Shown: piece after piece, positions 50,268 through 62,700 of the stretch
Position numbering within the stretch: position 1 is the first letter of the stretch
Layout: each line of letters opens with the position of its first letter
Assembly (NCBI GenBank): GCA_030390025.1
Contig: JASTWF010000070.1
Span: forward strand, 1,302,001 to 1,366,000
Direction of reading: 5' to 3'
Origin: Squalus acanthias
Taxonomy: Eukaryota
Length of the DNA: 64,000 nt
Position numbers and translations under genes: made by a program
Notes under the pieces: model-generated
Databases searched by the model: none
Told to the model about the DNA's origin: nothing
Seen by the model: only the letters and a program-made list of their open reading frames with translations

Positions 50268-50596
50268 TCAATCGGAACACGAGGAGGCGCTGATGGTCTT
50301 GAGAAGAGGCGTGCTCAGGGATCCGTGGCTGACGCTGCAGGAATAGCTGGAACCCTTGTTCCAGGCTGCGGCGGGGACTCTCAGGTAACTGCTCAGGCTG
50401 TAGGTTTGATCGCTGTCCGGGGACACGGCGCCTGTCGTCACCCCGCTGTCTGTCTCTTGGCCATCCACACTCCAGCGGAGCCGCACAAAGCCCGGCTTAA
50501 AGCGACTCAACAGGCAGGACAGAGTGGCCGATCCCGAGCCGATTTCTTCCGAGGATGGAGGGAGGAGAAGAACCGAGGGGCTTCGATCCTCGCTGC
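50268..50596 (-). CDS. Ig light-chain constant exon, sigma-cart/type I (NS5-like)
   Basis: SSEDRSPSVLLLPPSSEEI...ATLSCLL...W...YSLSSYLRVPAAAWNKGSSYSCSVSH...SCSD*, with the C-terminal interchain Cys; phase-1 acceptor CACAG. Confidence 0.93.
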
Positions 50597-52140
50597 CTGT
50601 GTGTGGGGTGAGAGAAAATTCATTAGTTTATGGAATCCGTCAGCAGTGGGACGCTCTGATCTGAAATCAAAAACGCCAATGAACCCACCGAACAACATTC
50701 ACTTTAAAATAAATTACTGATTAATACAGGAGTTCCAATAAATTCTGAAATCTCTAATTCCTCTGCTCCTCTGCCAATTCTTGTCCCTACATTACAACAG
50801 TGACTTGGTTCAAAAGTATTACATTGGCTGTAAAGCGCTTTGGGACGTCGTGAAGTCGTGAAAGGAGCNNNNNNNNNNNNNNNNNNNNNNNNNNNNNNNN
50901 NNNNNNNNNNNNNNNNNNNNNNNNNNNNNNNNNNNNNNNNNNNNNNNNNNNNNNNNNNNNNNNNNNNNNNNNNNNNNNNNNNNNNNNNNNNNNNNNNNNN
51001 NNNNNNNCAACAGAAAATGCTGGCAATACAGACCGGGTCAGTCAACATGTGAGAGGCGGAAAAATCAGTAAGTGACCAGTTCAGGTGCAGGTTGCAACCC
51101 CGGAACCGCACTAACCTGTCTGTTCCCGTTACAGACTCTGACCGAACGGCCGTGTATTCCCAGCATTGTCTGTTTTTATTTGATTTTCTATAATTGCAGT
51201 TTATTTCCCTTTTTACTTGAATATAATAAAGCGTTTGATTGTCTTAAAATGCGGTCAGTGTTAATTTTAATGTGGTGAATTCACGGAGCTGTGACCCGCT
51301 TTTCAGCGAGAGTCCACATATGTTCTGAAATCTCAAACTGATGCAGCCGCCACAGGCACGATGCGCTAAGTGACCTGCTTCTGTGCTGCATCATTCTATA
51401 GGATTGAATCTGCTTCCACCGCCCTTTCAGGCGGCGCGTTCCAGATCACAACAACTCGCTGCGTGAAAAAATCACCTCCCGTAGCCTCTGATTCTTTTGC
51501 CAATTATCTGAAATCTGTGTCCTCTGGTTACCGACCCTCCAGCTACTGGAAACAGTTTCTAAATATTTACTCTATCAACACAATTCAGGATTTTGAACAC
51601 CTCTATTAAATTTCCCCTTAACCTTCTCTGCTTTAAGGAGAACAATCCCAGCTTTTCTAGACTCGCCACATAACTGAAGTCCCTAATCCCTGGTACCATT
51701 CCAGTAAATCTCCTCTGCACCGTCTTCAAGGACTTGACACCCTCCTAAAGTGTTTTATCAAAACCTATTTCCTGTTTACATTAATTCATAACTTCAAAGT
51801 ATTTATCCAACTCCCTTTTGAAAGTTACTATTGAATCTGCTCCCATCGCCCTTTCAGGCAGCGCATTCCAGATCACATCAACTCGCTGCGTAAAAAGAAC
51901 ACTTCTCCTCATCTCCCCTATTGAATGGGAGCAGGAAATGGTGTCAAACTTCATTTCAGCGCAGTATTATTTCCCGAGGCGCTTCAACAATTCCAATTCT
52001 AATCAGTTTCAAAAAATTTGGGTACAAATAGATACAACAACAAAATTCACTGAATGGAGATTTCTCTGGCGCCCGGGAATGAAAGCGACTGCAAATTAAT
52101 AATTGAACCAATGTGAATTATAAAATAAGAGATCACTTAC

Positions 52141-52494
52141 TCTTTACACTCAGGGCGGTCCCCGGTCCGAAGCTGTATTCCGAGTCCCACACAGCACAGT
52201 AATAGACGGCGGAGTCACCGGGCACCAGGGTTCCGATGGTCAGAATGTAAATATTACCGGAGGCGTCTCTGGAAGGTTGAAAACGGTTTGTGAAGCCGGT
52301 GCCTCGGAAGATATCATTATCTGTTTCATATCTTAACACCCACACCGGAGCTTCACCGGGTCGCTGTCGGTACCATTGCACATCCTTGCTGCCCACAGCC
52401 CCGTTCTGCATCGCACACTGTAACCGGGCGGTCTGACCCGCGGAGACAGGATCGGATATTGGGGACTGATTGAGGACGGGAGCCGCCAAGACAC
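52141..52494 (-). CDS. Germline-joined Ig light-chain VJ exon, sigma-cart/type I (NS5-like)
   Basis: PVLNQSPISDPVSAG...C...WYRQRPGEAPVWVL...RFQPSRD...DSAVYYCAVWDSEYSFGPGTALSVK; no RSS between V and J; donor A/GTAAGT. Confidence 0.95.
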
Positions 52495-52645
52495 CTTAAT
52501 TAAAAGAAAAAATCAACCCATTCAGAGACTTGGAGCAAATAGGACGTTAATGCGTCAATAAACACGGAGAGAAAACCGCCCGATTCTCGGTATTGAACCG
52601 ATTTAGTTGCGGATAAACCGGTGATTAAAACCATCCGTCTCTCAC

Positions 52646-52694
52646 CTGTTAAATGCATCAGCAGAGCCCACAGGAGATGCATCGCTGGAGCCAT
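52646..52694 (-). CDS. IgL leader exon (MAPAMHLLWALLMHLT)
   Basis: 49 nt, phase 1, donor G/GTGAGA. Confidence 0.9.
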
Positions 52695-52811
52695 TTCCTC
52701 CGGAGAAGCGCCAACAGCCACCGCTGAAATTTCCGACTGAACCGTGCGCTGTTCCTGTAAACTCCAGGACCCGGTTCGGTTACAGTGTCTGCAAACCCGA
52801 GACTCCGGGTC

Positions 52812-52834
52812 TATTTATTACCCAGTATGCAAAT
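52812..52834 (-). promoter_or_regulatory. IgL promoter: octamer ATTTGCAT (52834-52827) and TATA-like TAATAAATA
   Basis: Exact octamer in light-chain orientation about 135 nt upstream of the ATG. Confidence 0.85.
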
Positions 52835-53164
52835 GGCTGGGAGGGGCCAGGAAAAGGAAGGAGGCAGATTTTTAATTCGGGTAATTTTTAAATCTATTTG
52901 TGGCTAATTAAATTATTAAACTCTTAAACCTTTAATGAATATTTGGTCTGTGTTCTACCCCAGAAAAATGAGGGGCGGATTGTAGAGATACGGATCAGCT
53001 GAACTCCTGCATCCTCTATAACATTGCATTTAAAGCCATGTGCGCTGCCATTACCCCTTTTCTTTCTCTTTCATTGTGCCAAAGCTCGATTGTACATTTT
53101 TCTTACTGGAAGGCTGAGTAAAGGCTAATAGGCTCATCTCCTGTTGGCGGGCTTCTCAATGAGG

Positions 53165-53775
53165 TGAGCAGCTTTTGATGCAGAGGTTATGATGGAGCTG
53201 CACAAAAGTCGAGTTAGGCCACAGCTGGAATACTGTGTGCATTTCTGGTCGCCACACTATAGGAAGGATGTGATTGCATTGGAGAGGGTGCAGAGGAGAT
53301 TCAGCAGGATGTTACCTGGGCTGGAGCGTTAGCAGAGAGACTGGACAAGGTGGGGTTGTTTTCCTTGGAGCAGAGAAGGCTGAGGGGGGACCTGATTGAG
53401 GTGTACAAAATTCTGAGGGGCATAGATAGGGTAGATAGAAAGGAACTTTTCCCCTTAGTAGAGGGGTCAATAACGAGGGGGCATAGTTTCAAGGTAAGGG
53501 GCAGGAGGTTTACAGGGGATTTGAGGAAAAACTTTTTCACCCAGAGGGTGGTTGCAATCTGGAACTCACTGCCTGAAAGGGTGGTAGAGGCAGGAACCCT
53601 CACAACATGCAAGAAGCATTTAGATGAGCAATTGAAACGCCATAGCATACAAGGCTACGGACCAAGTACTGGAAAATGGGATTAGAAGAGACAGGGCTTG
53701 ATGGCCGGCGCGGACACGACGGGCCGAAGGGCCACTTTCTGTGCTGTATAACTCTATGACTCTGTGACTCTATGA
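53165..53775 (+). mobile_element. CR1 LINE 3' fragment
   Basis: ORF2 C-terminus and an (ACTCTATG)n tail. Confidence 0.9.
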
Positions 53776-55296
53776 TGCACTTCGGCCGGAATCGTTCTGA
53801 TAACGTGCTGTTACTCTCTGATATACTGCATCAGATTTTAAAATAATCTTTTCCCCCTAAAATACATATTTCATAATAGACTGACGTCCCCTTTCTCTAA
53901 ATCAGCAGCAAGACAACCCTGGATTTGTGAATCCCTTTAAAATTGGGGATTCAATTGACAAATATGATTTGGGATTCAGTCGGTAAATAAAATTCTGATG
54001 AGAATATTCCTGAGGCGGAGTAAAGAGCGAATTCGATGAATGAGAAAGAGGGGAAGAAAGCGGCATTTTACATCCTGCACAGGATTAAAGAGAAGTTGTT
54101 CTATTATAGTCTGAGTCACACCCTTTAAAACTCAGGAGGACAAATAAAATTCGGCACAATATTAATAAAATGACACCTTGCCTTTAATTTGCTGCGGGTC
54201 CGATTAATGCGCGCAGTTCCCGTTTTAAACCCTGTTCCAGCTGAATTATTAAGCGGCGGGGTCAGTTGTTTCTGGGGCTCTGTGATGTTGAACATTTCCC
54301 CTGTTTGGAGTCAATCCCTAACTCCCCACACTGAGTCTTGATTCATGTTTTTAAAAGTCAGATTGAAACTGGTTGGTGTCAGTTACTTGAGGGCGAAAGA
54401 AACATGCATTAAATTGTTAATAATTGGGTTGTCTCGAGGTATTAGCGTCAAATGAATAATATTATTGTTAAATAAATATCTGAACTGTGCATCTGTGAAG
54501 TTAGATATTCCCCTGTTTCTTAGAAAATCACACAGAGCGGCCGGAGGGATTCTCGCCCCCTGGAGCAGCCGGCACTGAATTCGGGCAGGGATTGGTTCTC
54601 ACCTGGACAAGGGGCTTTTCGGTGAAGCCCAGGTGCTTGGTTCTGTTTCTCCGCTTGAACTGATCACTGATTCCTCTGGTCTGTTAGAATTATTAAAGGG
54701 GCTTTGGTGCTGTGACTGGAGCTGCTCGCTCAACGTTGCACAGATCCCCAGAGCTTTGTCACTGCTGACACTGACACGGCCGACTGGAGAACCAATCATT
54801 GCAGAGCACTGGCCACACCGCGCACTGCACCTCGGGAACTGGAGTTTCACACTGGACAATCGCCAAGATCAGCGTGTCTATTGACACCACTGTGTCAGCT
54901 CTACCTCTCCATGGCCTCCCTCAACCCCTCCACTCTCTCTAAATTGTCACACTGCTTGTCCGACATCCAGCACTGGATGAGCAGAAATTTCCTCCAACTA
55001 AATATTGGGAAGACCGAAGACATTGTCTTCGGTCCCGGTCGCAAATTCCGTTCCCTCGTCACTGACAGGCTCCCGCTCCCTCCCAAATTTCTGACGCTGA
55101 ACCAGAGTGTTCACTACCTTGGTGTCATATTTGACCTCGACGTGAGTTTCGGACCAGATATGGGTGACATCACTAATACCGACTACATCTCTCTCCTTGA
55201 CAGCTGTCTGAGTCTGAAGCAGACTGTTTGCCACCTTGGTGTGATATGTGACCCCGAGATGAGATTCTGACCACATATCCATGGCATAACTCGTCT

Positions 55297-58200
55297 TAGA
55301 TTCATAGAGTTATACAGCACAGAAAGAGGCCCTTCGGCCCATCGTGACCGCGCCGGCCATCAAGCCCTGTCTATTCTAATCCCATTTTCCAGCACTTGGT
55401 CCGTAGCCTTGTATGCTATGGCGTTTCAAGTGCTCATCTAAATGATTCTCGAATGTTCTGAGGGTTCCTGCCTCTACCACCCTTTCAGGCAGTGAGTTCC
55501 AGATTCCAAACACCCTCTGGGTGATAACGTTTTTCCTCAAATCCCCTCTAAACCTCCTGCCCCTTACTTTGAAATTATGCCCCCTGGTTATTGACCCCTC
55601 TACAAAGAGGAAAAGTTCCTTTCTATCTACACTATCTATGCCCCTCCTAATTTTTTACATCTCAATCAGGTCCCCCCTCAGCCTTCTCTGCACTAAGGAA
55701 AACAACCCCAGCCTGTCCAGTCTCTCTTCATAGCTGAAGCGCTCCGGCCCAGGTAACATCCTGGTGAATCTCCTCTGCACCCTCTCCAATGCAATCACAT
55801 CCCTCCTATAATGTGGCGACCAGAACTGCAAACAGTATTCCAGCTGTGGCCTAACTAGCGTTTTGTACAGTTCCATCATAACCTCCCTGCTCTTATATTC
55901 TATGCCTCGGTCAAAGAAGGCAAGTATCCCATATGCCTTTTTAACCACCTTATTTACCTGTCCTGTTGCCTTCAGGGATCTATGTACATGCACACCAAGG
56001 TCCCTCTGATCCTCTGTCCTTCCTAGGGTCATACCATTACATGTGTATTCCCTTGCCTTGTTAGTCCTCCCAAAATGCATCACCTCACACTTTTCAGGGT
56101 TAAATTCAATTTGCCACTGTTCTGCCCATCTAATCAACCCGTCTATATCGTCCTGTAGCCTGAGGCTTCCCTCCTCGCTAATTACCACTCCACCAACTTT
56201 CATGTCATCTGCGAACTTACTGATTGACATGAATCTTGTCATTCATGTGGAAATGACTTATGAAATAATACTGGGCGGCCTGCTGGTGGCGCTGTCCAGG
56301 GAGAGTATAAATATTCGGGCACGAGCCCAGCTTGCGCGGGACATTCTTAACAGGAAAAAGCGAGGACACTACAGGACCTCCATGTTGTAAAACAGTTGAT
56401 TAAAGCTTTGTTTAACGCTTTGACCAAGTGCCTAGTAGTTTTCTTACGTCACTGATCATACCTCCTACATTCATATCTAAATCATTAATGTACACTACAA
56501 ACAGCAAAGGACCCAGCACGGACACAGGCTTCCAGTCACAAAAGCAACCTTCGACCATCACCCTCTGCCTCCTGCCACTAAGCCAATTTTGGATCCAATG
56601 TGCCAAATTGCCCTGGATCTCATGGACTCGTACCCTTCTCAAACAGTCCTCCCATGCAGGACTTTGTCAAAAGTCTTGCTGAAGTCCATGTAGACTATAT
56701 CAACTGCACTACCCTCATCCACACACCTAGTCCACCCCCTCGAAAAATTCAATCAAATTGGTTAGACATGATCTCCCCCTGACAAAACCATGCTGACTAT
56801 CCTTGATTAATCCTTGCCTCTCCAAGTGGAGACTAATTCTGTCTCTCAGAATTTTTCCAATAATTTCCCTACCACTGATGTTAGGCTCACTGGCCTGCAA
56901 TTCCCTGGTTTATCCCTATTACCCTTCTTGAATAATGATACTACGTTAGTTGTTCTCCAGTCCTCTGGCACCTCCTCTGTGGCCAGCGAGGTACTGAAAA
57001 TTTGTGTCAGAGCCCTGCAATCTCCTCCCTTGCCTTACACAGCAGCCTGGGATACATCTCGTCAGGGCCTGGGGATTTATCACTTTTAAGCCCGCTAAAA
57101 CCGCTAGTACCTCCTCCCTCTCAATGCTAATTTATTCAAGTATATCACAATCCCCCTGCCTGATTTATATGCCTACATCGTCCTTCTCCATAGTGAACAC
57201 AGATGCAAAATATTCAGTTAAAACCTCACCGACATCTTCCGGCTCTACATTGCCACTTTGGTCCCTAATGGGTCCTACTCTTTCCCTGGTTATCCTCTTG
57301 CCCTTAATATACTTATAAAACACCTTGGGATTTTCCTTTATTTTGACCACCAGTGTTTATTCATGACCCCTCTTCGCTCTCCTTATTTATTTTTTAAGTA
57401 ACCCCCTGCACTTTCTGTACTTCCACAGTTTTGAGTCCTTTGTATCTGCCAAAAGCCTCCCTTTTTACCTCATCCATTATTGTATATCCCTTGAAATCCA
57501 GGGTTCCCTGGGTTTGTTGGTCCCACACTTGACCTTTACGGGAACTTGTTGGCGTTGTACTCTCTCTATTTCCTTTCTGAAAGACTCCCACTGCTCTGAT
57601 GTGGATTTTCCTACAAGTCGCAGATCCCAGTCAACTTTGGCCAGATGTTGCCTTAACATATTAACATCGGCCTTCCCACAATTTAGAAACGTTATTTCCG
57701 GTCCATATTTGTCCATTTCCATGACTACCTTAAATCTCACCGAATTATTGTCACTGTCACCAAAATGCTCTCCTACTGATACTTCTACCACTTGCCCGGC
57801 TACATTCCCTAGAATTAGGTCCAGTACCGCCCCCTCTCTTGTAGGACTTTCTACATGCTGGCTCAAAAAGCTCTCCTGGATGCACTTTAAGAAATCCGCA
57901 CCCTCTCAGCCTTTCACATTCTGACTATCCCAGTTAAAATTGGGGAAGTTGAAATCTCCTAATATTAATATCCTATTATTTCTACACTTCTCTGAGATTT
58001 GCCTACATGTCTGTTCCTCTATCTCCCCCTGACGATTTGAGGGCCTATAGTACACTCCCAGCTTGCCTCCTTTTAGTTTTTAAGTTCTACCCTTATACAT
58101 CATTAGCGGAACCTGATAAGGTATCATCCCTCCTTACAGCAGCAATTGACTACTTGATTAATATTGCGACATCCCCATCTCTTTTACATGCCCCTCTGTC

Positions 58201-58895
58201 TTGCCTGAAGATTCTATACCCCGGAAGATTGAGCTACCAATCCTGCCCCTCCCTCAAACAAGTCTCGTGATAGCAACAATATCATACACCCATATTTCAT
58301 CAACACCTTCAATTCATCTGCCTTACTCGCAAGACTCCTTGCATAAAAATAAATGCCATCCAGCGTTGCCATACTCCCTTATGTCGTTACATATTTGCTC
58401 TGCCTTCCAGGCTGACTTGTTTTTGCCTCTATATTTGGCTGTGCATCACCCCGACTATAGCTCCACTCCGTATCCCATCCCCTGCCAAGTTAGTTTAACG
58501 CCCTCCCGCCCCACCCCGCCCCCCAGCCCCCCGTCAACAGTACTAGCAAACCTCCCCGCAAGGATGTTGGTCCCGTTCCGGTTCAGGTGCAACCCGTCCG
58601 ACTTGTACAGGTCCCACCTTCCCCAGAAGCAGACCCAGTGATCCAGGAAACTAAAGCCCTCCCTTCTGCACCAACTCTTTAGCCACGCATTCATCTGCTC
58701 TATCCGCCTATTCCTATACCCACTAGCACGTGGCACCGGGAGTAATCCAGAGATTACATCCTTTGAGTTCCTGCTTTTTAATCTGCTACCTAGCTCCCTA
58801 AATTCTTGTTGCAGGACCCAACCCTCTTTCTATCCATGTCGTTCGTACCAATGTGAACCACGACCTCTGACTGTTCGCCCTCCCCCTTCAGAATG
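55297..58895 (-). mobile_element. Long decayed CR1 LINE (ORF1 esterase end, endonuclease, RT, 3' tail)
   Basis: DGLHLN, PTREGAVLDL, SKFADDMKVGG and RGDLIE in colinear order. Confidence 0.9.
56225..56451 (+). mobile_element. Solo LTR (227 bp) with a 5-bp target-site duplication
   Basis: TGAC...GTCA termini, CTGAT at 56220-56224 and 56452-56456, internal TATAAATA and ATTAAA. Confidence 0.8.
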
Positions 58896-59773
58896 CCCCA
58901 CACCAACAACGTAAAGCAACCCTACAATGCCCAAGCCATTCCTTTCCCACTCAGCAGTATTGCGGGGGTGGGGGTACGATTATGTTTCACCAGTTCACTG
59001 CAACTCACTAAGCCACTTCCAAAATTGCACACCAATCTGTCGATAGCACGTTAGCAGAAATTTCAAAGGAACATTGGCCAAAACAGAAAAGTCTTGTTGG
59101 TTGATATGATTGGACAAGGATTAGGGTGAGTGTGAGGGGTGGCTAGTGAGATGTGGAAGTGATAATGTAGATAGAGAGGGATGGGTGGAGGTGCAAGTTC
59201 AGCTGGTGTGAGTAAGCCTGTGCAGGAGTAGGACAGGGAAGTCAGAGTGATGGGGATGTGATGAGTGACACANNNNNNNNNNNNNNNNNNNNNNNNNNNN
59301 NNNNNNNNNNNNNNNNNNNNNNNNNNNNNNNNNNNNNNNNNNNNNNNNNNNNNNNNNNNNNNNNNNNNNNNNNNNNNNNNNNNNNNNNNNNNNNNNNNNN
59401 NNNNNNNNNNNNNNNNNNNNNNNNNNNNNNNNNNNNNNNNNNNNNNNNNNNNNNNNNNNNNNNNNNNNNNNNNNNNNNNNNNNNNNNNNNNNNNNNNNNN
59501 NNNNNNNNNNNNNNNNNNNNNNNNNNNNNNNNNNNNNNNNNNNNNNNNNNNNNNNNNNNNNNNNNGGTGTCAAAGTTTTTCATAACACTCCTGGAAGTAA
59601 CTTTGGACGTTTTACTACATTAAAGGTGCTATATGAATACAAGTTGTTGTTGTTGTTGTTGGAGGTGGGGCGGGACTTTAGTCAGGATTCACATAGAACA
59701 GTTTACCTTACAGCAAACAAAATCTATTTATTCAGCAAACCGAGCCTATTTAAGCAGCGCATGACAGCAAACA

Positions 59774-62700
59774 GTCTACAGGGTCTATTTAAAAAGAGCA
59801 TGTACAAACTACAGCAAACAGAACTCATGACCAGAACTTAGCAAATTCGCCCGATAAAAGCTGGCTGATTTCTCCAGCATAATGTAGTGAGTCCAGGATA
59901 CTTAGAGAATACAAATTATGTGCGTAAAAGGTTACTGTTATATATTTAGGAGTCACCCAGAGGAGCTATTAGGTTTTTTTACAGTATTTATCATACTATC
60001 TAATGCCATAATTGAGCTGAATACATCGCATCTACTTACATAGAATCATAGAATCATAGAAGATAGGAGCAGGAGTAGGCCATTCGGCCCCTCTAGCAAG
60101 CGCCGCCATTCAATGTGATCATGGCTGATCATCCAAATTCAGTACCCTGTCCCTGCTTTTTCCACATATCCCTTGATCCCTTTAGCCTTAAGAAATATAT
60201 CCAACTCCTTCTTGAATCTATTTAATGAATTGGCCTCTACTGCCTTCTGTGGCAGAGAATTCCACAGGTTCACCACTCTCTGGGTGAAGAGAAATTCCTC
60301 CTCATTTCTGTCCTAAATGGCTTACCCCTTATCCTCAGACTGTGACCGCTGGTTCTGGACTCCCCGACCATCGGGAACATCCTTCCTGCATCTAGGTTGT
60401 CCTGTCCTGTCAGAATTTTATAAGTTTCAATGAGATGCACTCTCATTCTTCTAAACTCCAGCGAGTATCAGTCAAATCGACCCAATCTCTCTTCATACGT
60501 CATTCCTGCCATCCCAGGTATCAGCCTTGTGAATATTCGCTGAACTCCTTCCATGGCGAGAACATCCTTCCTCAGATAAGGCGACCAACAGTGCACACAG
60601 TACTCAAGGTTTAACCAAGGCCCTGTACAACTGCAGCAAGACATCCTTGTTCCTGTACTCAAACCCTCTCGCTATGAAGGCCCACATACCATTTGCCTTC
60701 TTAACCACCTGCTGCACCTGCATGCTTGCCATCAGCGACTGGTGCACAAGGACACCCAGGTCTCGTTGCACTTCCCCTTCTCCCAATCTATTGCCATTCA
60801 GATAATAATCTGCTTTTCTGTTTTTGACACCAAAGTGGATAACCTCACATTTATCCACGTTATATTGCATCTGCCACGTTTCTGCCCAATCACCCAACCT
60901 GTCCAAAGCATCCTGGAGTTTCTCAGCATCCTCCTCGCAGCACCAAGCCCACCCAGTTTTGTGTCGTCTGCAAACTTGGAGATATTACATCTAGTTCCCT
61001 TGACTAGATCATTAATATATATTGTGAATAGCTGGGGTCCAAGGACCGATCCCTGCGGTACCACACTCGTCACTGCCTGCCACTCAGAAAAAGACCCGTT
61101 TATTCCAACTCTTTGCTTTCTGTCTGCCAACCAGTTCTCTATCCAAGTCAATACCTTGCCCCCAATCCCATGTGCCTTAACTTTACACGCTAATCTCTTA
61201 TGCGGGACCTTATCAAAAGCCTTTTGGAAGGCCAAATACACCACATCCACTGGTTCTCCCTTATCTATTTTACCAGTTACATCCTCAAAAAATTCCAGTA
61301 GATTAGTCAAGCATGATTTAACTTTTCTAAATCCATATTGACTTTGTCCGATCCTGTCGTTGTTTTCCAAGTGATCAGCTATTAGATCTTTTATAATGGA
61401 CTCTATCATTATCCCCACTTCCGATGTCAGGCTTACCGATCTGTAATTCCCTGTTTTCTCTCTACCACCCATTTTGAATAGTGGGGGAACATTAGCTACC
61501 CTCCAATCCATGGGTACTGTTCCAGATTCCATCATGTACTAAATCACCAACACTAGAGATTAATATGGAAAGAAGGAAACGAGAGGAATTATTAATTATT
61601 GCTAGTAAAGTGCGCCTTTCTGGAAACATGTTGACAGGGTTTATAGCTCCATTTCAGTTAGTGAAGGGGATGCAGTAACAGAGAGACCTGGGGTTCAGGT
61701 ACACCCATCTTTGAAGGTAGCATGACAACTTGCGATGGCTGTTGAAATAGAGGTATAGATGACAAAACAAGGGCGTCATGCTGAACCTTAATAAACACTG
61801 GTTAGGCCTCAGCTGGAGTATTGTGTTCAATTCTGGGCACCACACTTTAAGAAAGATGTCAAGACCTTGTAGAGGAGATTTACGAGAATGGTACCAGGGA
61901 TGAGGGACTTCACTTATGAGGAGAGACTGGAATAGTTCTCCTTAGAGCAGGGAGGGTTAAGGGGTGATTTCGATGCTGGATTTCCTGAGCACCGGGAAAC
62001 CCGGCTCGCAGCTGTTAAATTCAAGTCAGGCTCCCAACTGCACTGTGGGACCCTGATTTAAATATTAAAATGAGGTTTCCCGCCTGAGAGCTTAGACATG
62101 ACGGCAGGAGTTTATGCAGTGGGTTCAGGTGGGGTTAGCTCATTTTTATATGTGAACCACCCCCACCCCCCACATTCTCCCGCCCATCTTATTCCCATCC
62201 ATTCCCCCAATAGGGTTCCCAGATCCTATTGCGTTCAGGAATGAATTGCTGGGTCAATAAAATATTCTAAGAGCACTGTATGTAGGTTACAGAGCACCAA
62301 CAACAACATGTTTTTATACAGCGCCTTTAACGTAGTAAAACGTCCCAAGGTGCTGCACAGGAGCGCTTAACAAACAGAATTTGTTACTGATCCACATAAG
62401 GAGATAGTGGGACAGGTGAGGAAAAGCTTGCTCAGGGAGGTGGGTTATCAGGAGTGTCTTAAAGGTGAAGAGAGAGGCGGAGAGGTTTAGAGAAGGGACT
62501 CGGGCAGATTGGGAAACATCGAGTTTCGCTACCAACAGTTAAAATTTGAAAATCTTCAGAAATTTGCGGGGAATCGAACAGGTGGAGCACTTTAAGTGAC
62601 AGGAGTGTCAATCCCCCGCATTCACAGCTCCAGGATTGTCCTTTCGCTTTGGAGTCAAGGCCGGGGCTTTGCTTTGCTGGGCGGGTCCGGTGCGGACGGT

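Larger units (their letters stand above)
45524..50279 (-). repeat. Inverted segmental duplication of 1-2050 (IgL C end and 3' flank), enlarged by the 46433-49130 CR1
   Basis: Colinear alignment of unique and repeat sequence. Confidence 0.9.

Noticed and set aside
5951-61535. Numerous 60-370 aa ORFs in the track
   Set aside because: They are sense or antisense readings of CR1/L2 fragments, low-complexity tracts or N-gaps, not host genes.
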